Positions 18,675 to 27,204 of a stretch of 64,000 nucleotides of DNA are shown one piece after another. The stretch's first letter is position 1, and each line of letters starts with the position of its first letter. This DNA is from a bacterium (lineage in GTDB: Bacteria > Patescibacteriota > Patescibacteriia > UBA1558 > UBA10009), in NCBI GenBank assembly GCA_018672055.1, contig JABHGM010000001.1:507494-571493 (forward strand), given 5' to 3'. Below the pieces are notes generated by a model, which was given only the letters and a program-made list of their open reading frames with translations, was not told the DNA's origin and made no database searches. A program made the translations under genes and the position numbers.

Positions 18675-19751
18675 ATGAGTAAAGATTACTATAGTATTCT
18701 AGGAGTAGATAAAAAAGCTACCCAAGATGATATAAAAAAAGCTTTCAGAAAGAAAGCTCATGAACATCACCCAGATAAGGGTAATGGTAATGCTGATAAG
18801 TTTAAAGAACTTAATGAAGCTTATCAGGTTCTTGGTAAACCCGAAAAAAGACAGCAGTATGATCAATTTGGATCTAATTTTAATGGAGCTCAAGGACCTC
18901 AAGGTTTTTCTGGTGGTTTTAATACAGGTGGTACCCGTGTAAACGTTGATGATTTAGGAGATATCTTTGGAGATATCTTTGGTGGTGGTTTTGGTAGAGG
19001 CAGAACTCAAAGCAGAAGACCAAGTAGAGGCGCAGATATTGAAGCTAGATTATCTATTTCTTTTGAAGAAGCAGTATTTGGTGTAGAAAAAGTAATTGAT
19101 TTGTCTAAATATGTTTTATGTACTAAGTGCAGTGGTAATGGAGCGGAACCTGGAGCTTCAATAGATACATGTAAGAAGTGTCAGGGTTCTGGGCAAATAC
19201 AAATTACACGACAGACAATCTTCGGAGCTTTTCCGTCAGTAGCTACTTGTCCTGAATGTCAGGGAGCTGGTAAAATTCCAAGTAAAAGATGTACTAAGTG
19301 CCATGGTGAAGGTAGACATAAGGAAAAAGAAACTATTAATATTAAAATACCTAAAGGTATAGATAATAATGAAACTATTAGATTATCTGGTAAAGGTGAA
19401 GTAGGTGAAAAGGGAAGTATTTCAGGTGATTTATATATTCATATTCAAGTATCAGCTTCACGTTTATTCCAAAGAGAAGGCTATAATGTGTATTCAGAAA
19501 AGTTAATTCCATTTAGCATATTTACTCTTGGTGGTAAAACAAAAATTAGAACAGTTCATGGAGATGTTAATTTAAAAATACCAGCTGGTACTACTGCTGG
19601 TAAAGAATTTGTTTTAAAAGGCAAAGGTGTGCCTAAATTAAGAGGTAGAGGCACAGGAGATCACTTTGTTAAAGTAAATGTAGCTATACCTAAGAGTTTA
19701 AATAAAAAGCAAAAGAAATTATTAAATGAAATAGATAAAGAAGGTATTTAG
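18675..19751 (+). CDS. dnaJ: molecular chaperone DnaJ
   Basis: J-domain with HPD (AHEHHPDKG), Gly-rich region, four CxxCxGxG zinc-finger repeats, C-terminal domain. Confidence 0.95.
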   Translation: MSKDYYSILGVDKKATQDDIKKAFRKKAHEHHPDKGNGNADKFKELNEAYQVLGKPEKRQQYDQFGSNFNGAQGPQGFSGGFNTGGTRVNVDDLGDIFGDIFGGGFGRGRTQSRRPSRGADIEARLSISFEEAVFGVEKVIDLSKYVLCTKCSGNGAEPGASIDTCKKCQGSGQIQITRQTIFGAFPSVATCPECQGAGKIPSKRCTKCHGEGRHKEKETINIKIPKGIDNNETIRLSGKGEVGEKGSISGDLYIHIQVSASRLFQREGYNVYSEKLIPFSIFTLGGKTKIRTVHGDVNLKIPAGTTAGKEFVLKGKGVPKLRGRGTGDHFVKVNVAIPKSLNKKQKKLLNEIDKEGI

Positions 19752-21301
19752 TTTATTTTATAAACTATACTATCATTTGTTTCAATCATTAGTTCAAAAT
19801 AGTCAGAATTATTATTTAAGATGTTACTTAGCTTTAAGTAACTTTTATTTATTTTTGATAACCATATATATTCTGAGTTAAAACTATTTAATATACTGTC
19901 TGCTATAGCCTTGGCAGTTTTTTTATTCTCTGGACATTCATCTATTTTAGAATCTAAGGCACATTGTTTAGTTGATATATTGTGCCATAGGTAATACATT
20001 TTATTATTGTAGTTATATAAAAATATTGGATCTAGGCCTACTACATAGTAATTGTGATGATTGTAAAAGAATAGTCTTGGAAAAGCGTCCCATGAAGTAT
20101 TAAAGACTATTGATTCAGAAGGCGTATTTTTATTTAACCATATAGCAGTTTCTTTAAATGTTTCAATTGAGTTAGTTGTTTTGTAGTCTGTATATATTTG
20201 TTTTAGAGGTAAGAATATTAAAGATAGGGTGGTTAAAGTAATTATTAATTTAAATGATAAGTTATTTAATTTATTATATATTTTTTTTATGTATTCATTA
20301 ATTTCAGGAATATTCATAGATATTTTGTAAATATAAGCAACTGATAATATTAGGATAGGTGCGAGGTATTCTATGAATCTATTATACTTAATTGTTAACA
20401 TAATAAATATCAGAGATAATAGTAGAAGAAAATAATAATTTATTTTATTTTTTAATTCAATTTCAACTTTAAAAAATATTTTAAGTAAAAATAGAGTTAT
20501 TAAAGAAATAATAAGTAAAAAAATAGGTAATGATGTTACTAGTAAAGCTAAAAAATTTAAATTTTCGAGTTCAATTGGAATCAATATATTGAGGTTATTA
20601 AAACTTGATAATCCTGATGTATAGTTGTTTATTATTAAATTAACAAAATTTGATGTTTCTGGATGAAATAATAATCCTAAAATACATCCTGACATTGTAA
20701 TTAATATTATTTGCCAATCAATTCTTTTTTCGATTACTAATTTAGTTAATAAATAACTACCTACTATAATTGATATGATAAATATTGAACCATATGAAGA
20801 TAATATAAAAAGTATAGGCCATAATAGTAATAGCCATTTTTTTTGTTTTAAAATAATATATATACCAATTATTGATAGTGATAATGTAAATAGAAGAGGC
20901 CTGGCTAATTGAAGTCTAAATAAAAATAGACTTGAAGAGAATAATAAAATAAATAGCCATATCTCAGGCTTTTTTATATTTAATTTATTTAAAATATAAT
21001 AGAAAAGTGTGAAGAATAATGCAGAGAATAAACTAATAAATATTTTTAAATTTAATGGAAAATTAAAATATGTAAATGGATGCATGGTTACATGGAATAA
21101 ATATCTTTGATCTGAAAAATTATTATTTAAATCAGTATAATATAACCAAGGAAAGTTATCTGAAATATTCTCTTCAAACATTATTTTTGAATATTTACTA
21201 TGAAAGAAAGCATCAACTCCTAATAAATCATTCGAAAATAATTGTATGCTAAAAGTAATAGTAAAAAATATGATGTATATGTATATAATTTTTTTCTTCA
21301 T
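19748..21301 (-). CDS. GT-C-fold membrane glycosyltransferase-like protein (ArnT/PMT/STT3-type)
   Basis: About 12 TM helices; first extracytoplasmic loop has LGVDAFFHSKY, resembling the acidic/aromatic catalytic loop of GT-C enzymes; C-terminal soluble domain of about 130 aa. Confidence 0.35.
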   Translation of the reverse strand: MKKKIIYIYIIFFTITFSIQLFSNDLLGVDAFFHSKYSKIMFEENISDNFPWLYYTDLNNNFSDQRYLFHVTMHPFTYFNFPLNLKIFISLFSALFFTLFYYILNKLNIKKPEIWLFILLFSSSLFLFRLQLARPLLFTLSLSIIGIYIILKQKKWLLLLWPILFILSSYGSIFIISIIVGSYLLTKLVIEKRIDWQIILITMSGCILGLLFHPETSNFVNLIINNYTSGLSSFNNLNILIPIELENLNFLALLVTSLPIFLLIISLITLFLLKIFFKVEIELKNKINYYFLLLLSLIFIMLTIKYNRFIEYLAPILILSVAYIYKISMNIPEINEYIKKIYNKLNNLSFKLIITLTTLSLIFLPLKQIYTDYKTTNSIETFKETAIWLNKNTPSESIVFNTSWDAFPRLFFYNHHNYYVVGLDPIFLYNYNNKMYYLWHNISTKQCALDSKIDECPENKKTAKAIADSILNSFNSEYIWLSKINKSYLKLSNILNNNSDYFELMIETNDSIVYKIN

Positions 21302-21328
21302 ATAAGCTATTTTAGCACTTTTTAAGAT

Positions 21329-21368
21329 AAAAAAAAGTGGGGAACTATATAAAATAGTCCACCCACTT
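21329..21368 (-). terminator. rho-independent terminator after giant membrane-protein gene
   Basis: On minus strand: AAGTGGGTGGACTAT-tttat-ATAGTTCCCCACTT (imperfect 14-bp stem) followed by TTTTTTTT. Confidence 0.6.
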
Positions 21369-21384
21369 ATTATTGTTAAATAAC

Positions 21385-24300
21385 CTAGATAGGTGTTGAG
21401 AAAACTTTTATAGTTATCTCATAAGCCATATCAGGGTTATCGTTTATCCAGTCAAGACGTAGATGTCCTCGTTCATCGTAAAAATCATCATTTACTGCGA
21501 GGTAGATCAACATATCTTGATCATAGTGATTTGTTATTACACCATTTGAACCAATATAAGTCCATCTGGAGTCGTATGGGAATCTAGCGTAAACTCCTCC
21601 CAGTTTTTTTTGATTAATTGATACTTGACCATTTTTTAATGGCCAGGAACCAATTGAGGTTCGATTTTTATTCCAATCAGCTACGTAGCCGTTTGGGTTA
21701 GTGAAGCGATTTGCGCCATCACAGCCTGATCCTGGACCGATATTTCCTTTTCCTTTTGCTTGGATTTGTGCCGAGCTACTTGGTTTAAGAATTATCGATG
21801 AATTACCATTTCCTGTTCGTAAAGGCAAGTCTATAACATAGTAGTCATCCTTTTTTTCTAAATTCAAGATTTCTTCTCGAATTGGGAATTCAACTATTGT
21901 TTTAACTTCCTTTATGGAGACGCTTGATATTTCATGTATTATTTCAGATTCTTCATTTTCATCATCTGATGAATCCGATGGATCAATAATATCATTTATT
22001 ACTTCCCCAATACTTCCTATCCACTGGTTGAATTTGCTTTCAAAGAAGGCAGGGTCTTGGATCGCATAAACAATATTGGTTCGATTATTATGTTCATCTA
22101 AGGGACGCACTACAAGATAATCGTCATCCTGTTTTACTTTTTCCAAAACAATCACTTTTGTTGTATCAGTAATTACCTCTTTAATCCTATTATTTATAGT
22201 ATAAGTTGTATTATCAACAGACCTATTTACAGTCACATCATATTTATAAAAATTATGAATAGATAGTATTTGTGGTTTGTCAAAAAAACTTGATACAGTG
22301 GGATATCCTTTAAAAACAAAGAAGATAAATAGGATAGATACCGTGGTTTGTACAAGATATACAAATCCTTTCAGCTTCACTATTTTTTTACCAGATTTTA
22401 TTTCATAATCTTTCATTGCTCGATCAACAGCGATCAAGATGAATGATAGAAAGAAGGCCCAAAAGAAATAAGGATGTTTGAGTTCAGCAAAATAAGTACC
22501 TGGTTGAGCATAGTGTCCAACGAGAGGGAATATTACAGTTGAGAATAACAAGGTATAGATCGTAGCTTGAAATGTAACTTTTATTGCTTCACCAGAGAAC
22601 TTTGATTTATTTGTTACCGTTGCTATCTGCTCTTTAACTTTATCAAAGGGATCACCTATATCTGGAAATTTTAGATCTGACTTCCCATCTATTATCATTT
22701 CAATCTTATCAGCATCTACTCCAAGAACAGTGAGAATGCCCGCAAACATTGATTTGATAGTATTGATACTAATATTAAGAGGCCATGTAGTGCCTTTCCA
22801 TAATAGAGTACCACTACTTTTTCCTAACCAAATGGCTGGTTCCAAGGTTACATTCTTACCAAGTTCTACCATGAAAATAGCAGATTTTAAGGCCGTGAAT
22901 GATAATCCATAGAATCCCCATAATGACAATACTAATAGTATTGATAAGAGAATTAGAATAAATCCTGTTATAGCTGGATTTATCAATGCTAACTTAGCTA
23001 AACATATTAATACTATTGCCAATATTAACATTTTACCCAAACCTTCAAAGTCTTTCTTTTCAAAAGATTCATATAAGCTTTTTAAAGCATTATATATTAT
23101 CTTAATACCACCCCATAGTATTGGAGGTCCTATAAGAATCATTGAAAGTAAATAAGCAATAGTTGTCAAAATGTGACCTTCTCCAAGCGATACATTAGAA
23201 TAATAATAAGCAACTAAAGACATTAAGACCAAAAGTGCTACTAAGATTAAAACAGTTAATTTATTTATCCAATAATTTATCCATGAGTCTACTGAGTAAA
23301 TAACTGATTTAAGTGTTACCATGGTAATTATTAAGAATATCTTGAGTAGATTTAAGAAGTGAGTTACTTTTAACAATATCAAGAATTGAGTGATTATTAT
23401 TAAACTAACAAGTACTTCAGCAAGTATCTTACTATCAAAGTAAAGTATACTTAATCCAGACAGAATCATCATAACTGTTAATAAGAGTAAAAAACCTAGT
23501 ATGACTGTGTAATCTTTTATCTTATCTGTGAGTTTACTACCCTGACAAAAGCTTTTACCTTTTTTAATCTGAATGCCTAAAAATAACCATACCCCTAAAG
23601 TTAGGAATGTTGGAATACTTAAAAGATTTTCAATTAAAGCAGCAAAAGTTGATTTGGGTTTTTCATCTTTTTCATCAAACGGTATAGCCTTTCTACCTGT
23701 TATTCCGTTATATTCTCTGTACATCTTACCAAAAAAATCTTTCAGAGTTTTTTTCATAGGGTTGAGCACAGAATTAGCTCCTGTTGATGCATCATCCAAA
23801 ATTTTAACAAAATATATTTTTACATTTTGAGGAATTCTGAACTCTTTATCCTTAACTTTTTCCCAAAAGTAACGCAGACCACTATCACCTAATAATCTTC
23901 TTGTATCGAGTTTATCGATTAGTTGTTTGACCAACTCTTTCTTAGAAAGATTTTTATCAGCTTCAAGTTCATTGAATTCTGCTATGATTGAATCGATTGT
24001 TTCACAAACTTTTGTGAAATTTTCCTTATCCTGCCAATCAATGCCAGAAATATTTTGTCTTGCTGATTCAACGAATTTCTTTTTAGGTTTATTGTCTTTC
24101 GTATCATTTTTCTTATTAACTTTTGCATCATTTTTGCTATTTGCAGTAGTTGCGCCAAAAGTACTAGTTAAGATAACTTCGCCAATAAGTATTATTGACA
24201 TATTATCAAGGTGACCTTTAGGCAAAGTTTTACAAAGTCTTAGGTAGGATTTGTAATTTTCTGGTTTATTTGCTGTATGTTTTTTATAGTATGTATCTAT

Positions 24301-24480
24301 AATTGCATGTGCTGAGTTATCATGAGGTCCTTTTGTAATTCCAAGATCAGATAGCATTTTATCACTAAGAGCTGTAAATAATTTTCTACCACCATCTGTT
24401 GCTGCATCTTTTACTGCAGAAGCAACCGTTTCACCAAAAACCCTGCCGGCACCGTCGCTTACTTGACTTATTGTACTCAT
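21385..24480 (-). CDS. giant polytopic membrane protein (about 1032 aa): soluble N-domain, about 10-12 TM core, about 330-aa C-terminal domain with lectin-like (PA-IL/PA14-like) module
   Basis: Start set at MSTISQ (ATG 24480-24478), which has an AAGGAG RBS 8 nt upstream; the track start at 24576 lies inside the promoter. C-terminus TYIGSNGVITNHYDQDMLIYLAVNDDFYDERG resembles, from memory, the LecA/PA14 beta-sandwich lectin signature. Confidence 0.6.
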   Translation of the reverse strand: MSTISQVSDGAGRVFGETVASAVKDAATDGGRKLFTALSDKMLSDLGITKGPHDNSAHAIIDTYYKKHTANKPENYKSYLRLCKTLPKGHLDNMSIILIGEVILTSTFGATTANSKNDAKVNKKNDTKDNKPKKKFVESARQNISGIDWQDKENFTKVCETIDSIIAEFNELEADKNLSKKELVKQLIDKLDTRRLLGDSGLRYFWEKVKDKEFRIPQNVKIYFVKILDDASTGANSVLNPMKKTLKDFFGKMYREYNGITGRKAIPFDEKDEKPKSTFAALIENLLSIPTFLTLGVWLFLGIQIKKGKSFCQGSKLTDKIKDYTVILGFLLLLTVMMILSGLSILYFDSKILAEVLVSLIIITQFLILLKVTHFLNLLKIFLIITMVTLKSVIYSVDSWINYWINKLTVLILVALLVLMSLVAYYYSNVSLGEGHILTTIAYLLSMILIGPPILWGGIKIIYNALKSLYESFEKKDFEGLGKMLILAIVLICLAKLALINPAITGFILILLSILLVLSLWGFYGLSFTALKSAIFMVELGKNVTLEPAIWLGKSSGTLLWKGTTWPLNISINTIKSMFAGILTVLGVDADKIEMIIDGKSDLKFPDIGDPFDKVKEQIATVTNKSKFSGEAIKVTFQATIYTLLFSTVIFPLVGHYAQPGTYFAELKHPYFFWAFFLSFILIAVDRAMKDYEIKSGKKIVKLKGFVYLVQTTVSILFIFFVFKGYPTVSSFFDKPQILSIHNFYKYDVTVNRSVDNTTYTINNRIKEVITDTTKVIVLEKVKQDDDYLVVRPLDEHNNRTNIVYAIQDPAFFESKFNQWIGSIGEVINDIIDPSDSSDDENEESEIIHEISSVSIKEVKTIVEFPIREEILNLEKKDDYYVIDLPLRTGNGNSSIILKPSSSAQIQAKGKGNIGPGSGCDGANRFTNPNGYVADWNKNRTSIGSWPLKNGQVSINQKKLGGVYARFPYDSRWTYIGSNGVITNHYDQDMLIYLAVNDDFYDERGHLRLDWINDNPDMAYEITIKVFSTPI

Positions 24481-24566
24481 TTTAATACTCCTTGTATTAT
24501 TTGTTGTTTGTTTTTTGTATTTTTTTGTCAATTTGCTACCTCTTATTAGAGGGTAATAAACATCTA

Positions 24567-24595
24567 AAAGTATCATATTTATTACATTTTGTCAA
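24567..24595 (-). promoter_or_regulatory. promoter of giant membrane-protein gene (shares 40-nt module with rnpB promoter)
   Basis: Minus strand: AAACATTGACAAAAT, -35 TTGACA, 17-nt spacer, -10 TACTTT; aligns almost base-for-base with the rnpB promoter. Confidence 0.5.
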
Positions 24596-24661
24596 TGTTT
24601 AAATGTTTGAGAAAATAAAAAATAGCATTTATTGCTATAATTTACATATTTTTATCTAATA

Positions 24662-25597
24662 TTAGGTGTTTTTTAAAGCCTTCTTAATATCATTTATAGT
24701 TTCAACCTTAACTAGCTCTTTTCTTAAAGATTTAGCGTTTTTAAGGCCTTTAACGTACCATAACAGATGTTTACGCATTTCGATAATTCCATGGTCACCT
24801 AAAGCATTGTATGAGTAATTAGCATGTTTTAAAATAATTTTTTTTATTTCAGGCCAATCAGGATTAAAACCTGTTTTAAGTTCATTAAAAAACCAAGGTT
24901 TACCGAAGAGGCCTCTGGCTAAACCCAAGCCATCAGCTTTAGTTTTTCTTAAAGTTTTTTTTGCAGATTTGGAATCAACCACACCGCCATTGGCTAATAT
25001 AATACCTTTAAAATATTTTCTAGCTTTTTTTATTATCTTATAATCTATTTCTTTTTTAAAACCTTGTTCATAAGATCTGCCATGGATCATAACTACTTGG
25101 ACAGGTAAGTCGGATATTTTTTTTAAAAAATCTAGTGCTGTTATCTTTTTATCTTCATCTTGAATAGAAGTTCTAATTTTAATTGAAACTGGTAGGGATG
25201 TATTATCACAAGTAGCTTTTATAATATCATAGCAGAGATCTAAATTTTTCATTAAGTTAACGCCACCACCATGGGCTACAACTTTACGAGCTGGACAACC
25301 AAAGTTAATATCAATACCATCTGCTCCTGACTCTTCAACTATTTTAGCTGCTGTTTTAAATTTTTCAGGGTCTTTACCAAATAATTGAATAACTACTGGT
25401 TTCTCTTTTTTATTAAACTTAAGCATAGCTAAAGTTTTTTTAGATTTAAAATGTAAACCATCTGCTGATGTCATCTCAGAGTAAAGTACATCAGCACCAT
25501 ATTCTTTGCATACCATCCTAAAAGGTGAATTAGTAATACCAGCTAGAGGAGCTAGAGCATAAATGGGTTTTTCTAAGTTGTTCCAAAAGGAATTCAT
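24662..25597 (-). CDS. dus: tRNA-dihydrouridine synthase
   Basis: YALAPLAGITNSPFR, FGCP, IHGR motifs of the Dus family. Confidence 0.9.
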   Translation of the reverse strand: MNSFWNNLEKPIYALAPLAGITNSPFRMVCKEYGADVLYSEMTSADGLHFKSKKTLAMLKFNKKEKPVVIQLFGKDPEKFKTAAKIVEESGADGIDINFGCPARKVVAHGGGVNLMKNLDLCYDIIKATCDNTSLPVSIKIRTSIQDEDKKITALDFLKKISDLPVQVVMIHGRSYEQGFKKEIDYKIIKKARKYFKGIILANGGVVDSKSAKKTLRKTKADGLGLARGLFGKPWFFNELKTGFNPDWPEIKKIILKHANYSYNALGDHGIIEMRKHLLWYVKGLKNAKSLRKELVKVETINDIKKALKNT

Positions 25598-25641
25598 AAT
25601 AAAAAAAATATTTGTATTAAATATTTTTGTTTTAATTTATT

Positions 25642-26595
25642 TTATAACCAACCTTTACGTTTGAATATTAGCATGAAAAGCAGAACTAAGACAAGCATAG
25701 AGGACAGGATCATCCAAAATCCATTTGGATGGTAGATAAAAGGCATAGCAGGTGTATTCATACCAAATATTGAAGCAACTAAGTTAATTGGTAAGAGGAT
25801 AATAGAAATAATAGTTAATACTTTCATAATATCATTTAATCTAAATGATATTAATGATTCATTAGTATTATGTAGGGCATCAATATTTTCAGTTAAACTT
25901 TCTAAAATATCCCATATATCTTTAGTTTGTTCTAAGATATTTGCAAAGTATTGAGTAATTGAATTTGGTATAAAGAACTTATCTTTTTTAGAAATTAGTT
26001 TTTTAATTACATTCTTATGAGCCTGCATTGATCTTCTAAAATTAACTATATTTCTTTTAACTATTAATATTTCTTTAACCATTTTCTTTTCATAACCAGC
26101 AAATATTACTTTTTCAATATTTTTAATATCTTCATCAACATGATTGAGCATTGGGTAGCAATAATTTTGTAATTTATTAATTATTGCATAAAGTAATTGA
26201 GTTGGACCCTCGCCTAAGAAACGTTCACGAAAAGCATCATTTACTTGACATTGATGAAAAAACTCATTTAAAGGTGCAAGCTTATTATCAGTAATTGTTA
26301 CAATATAGTTAGGACCAATGAAAATATCAATTTCACTACCCTTCATTAATCTACTTACATTATCATAATATGGGAAAGTCATTATGATAAATAGATAATT
26401 AGAATATTCATCAAGTTTAGAACGTTGACCAGGTGAAGAAAGACAATCATCAATATCTAATGGATGAAATTTAAAGTCTTCTCTTAATATTTCAAGATCA
26501 TGTGCATTGGGCTTGCTAAAATGTAGCCACTTAACATTATGTGTTTTTATTTCTTGAAAGTTTTTTGATTTTTTAATACTAATTTTCTTATTCAT
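25642..26595 (-). CDS. corA: CorA-family Mg2+/Co2+ transporter
   Basis: Cytoplasmic N-domain plus two C-terminal TM helices with IFGMNT (GMN motif). Confidence 0.8.
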   Translation of the reverse strand: MNKKISIKKSKNFQEIKTHNVKWLHFSKPNAHDLEILREDFKFHPLDIDDCLSSPGQRSKLDEYSNYLFIIMTFPYYDNVSRLMKGSEIDIFIGPNYIVTITDNKLAPLNEFFHQCQVNDAFRERFLGEGPTQLLYAIINKLQNYCYPMLNHVDEDIKNIEKVIFAGYEKKMVKEILIVKRNIVNFRRSMQAHKNVIKKLISKKDKFFIPNSITQYFANILEQTKDIWDILESLTENIDALHNTNESLISFRLNDIMKVLTIISIILLPINLVASIFGMNTPAMPFIYHPNGFWMILSSMLVLVLLFMLIFKRKGWL

Positions 26596-26663
26596 ATTTA
26601 TGACAAGCTTATATACTATTATACTATTTTTTTAATTAATTGCCTAGTGACACTTCCAAAAAT

Positions 26664-26688
26664 GTGTTTTTTTTAGTATAATTTATGT
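26664..26688 (+). promoter_or_regulatory. -10 element (TTTTTTTTAGTATAAT) 6 nt before ATG: leaderless transcript start
   Basis: TATAAT at 26677-26682, ATG at 26689. The same 30-nt motif recurs at 35533-35556. Confidence 0.5.
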
Positions 26689-27201
26689 ATGAAAAATAAT
26701 ATATCAAATCAAAAAATAGATGATATGTTTTCTGAACTTGAGGTTGGTAGTAATGAAAAAGTTCAAGAAAAATCTAAAATTGAGTTACCTGAAAAAGAAA
26801 CCAGTTCTTTTGAACAAGTTCCTGTTAATATTGATAAGCCAGAATTAAAATCAAAGGCAGATATTAAGCCTAAAAAATTAAAAAGTGTACCTACACCTTC
26901 GGTTCAAGCAACTGAGATAAGTAAATTACATAAAGATGTAGAAAGTATTTTAGAACAAAACTTATCTCAGATTTATTATAATATACCTACAGATAAACAA
27001 GCTGAATTTAAAAAAGCTGGTGAAGAAACAGCTAAAAAGATTAGTGAATTATTAAGTGGTGTTAAAGTTAAAGCAAATAAAGTATTTAAGTTAATTGTTA
27101 AGTGGTTAAAAATGATACCGGGGATTAATAAGCATTATTTAGAACAAGAAGCTAAAATAAAAACAGATAAGCTTTTAGAGCTTAGAAATAAAAATATATA
27201 G
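26689..27201 (+). CDS. hypothetical Lys/Glu-rich protein (disordered N-terminus, helical C-terminus)
   Basis: ORF track; no recognised motif; 3-nt gap to the T4CP-like gene. Confidence 0.45.
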   Translation: MKNNISNQKIDDMFSELEVGSNEKVQEKSKIELPEKETSSFEQVPVNIDKPELKSKADIKPKKLKSVPTPSVQATEISKLHKDVESILEQNLSQIYYNIPTDKQAEFKKAGEETAKKISELLSGVKVKANKVFKLIVKWLKMIPGINKHYLEQEAKIKTDKLLELRNKNI

Positions 27202-27204
27202 AAT

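Noticed and set aside
24527-24532. Second TTGACA (minus strand) closer to the giant-gene start as -35
   Set aside because: No acceptable -10 at 16-19 nt downstream (an A/C-rich run); the upstream copy matches the rnpB promoter architecture instead
24481-24576. N-terminal 32-aa extension of the giant membrane-protein ORF (track start 24576)
   Set aside because: The extension overlaps the predicted promoter; the internal Met at 24480 has a perfect AAGGAG RBS 8 nt upstream
24630-24661. Plus-strand TTGCTATAAT just before the 3' end of dus
   Set aside because: No downstream plus-strand gene for 2 kb; would only produce antisense RNA to dus; likely a chance AT-rich match
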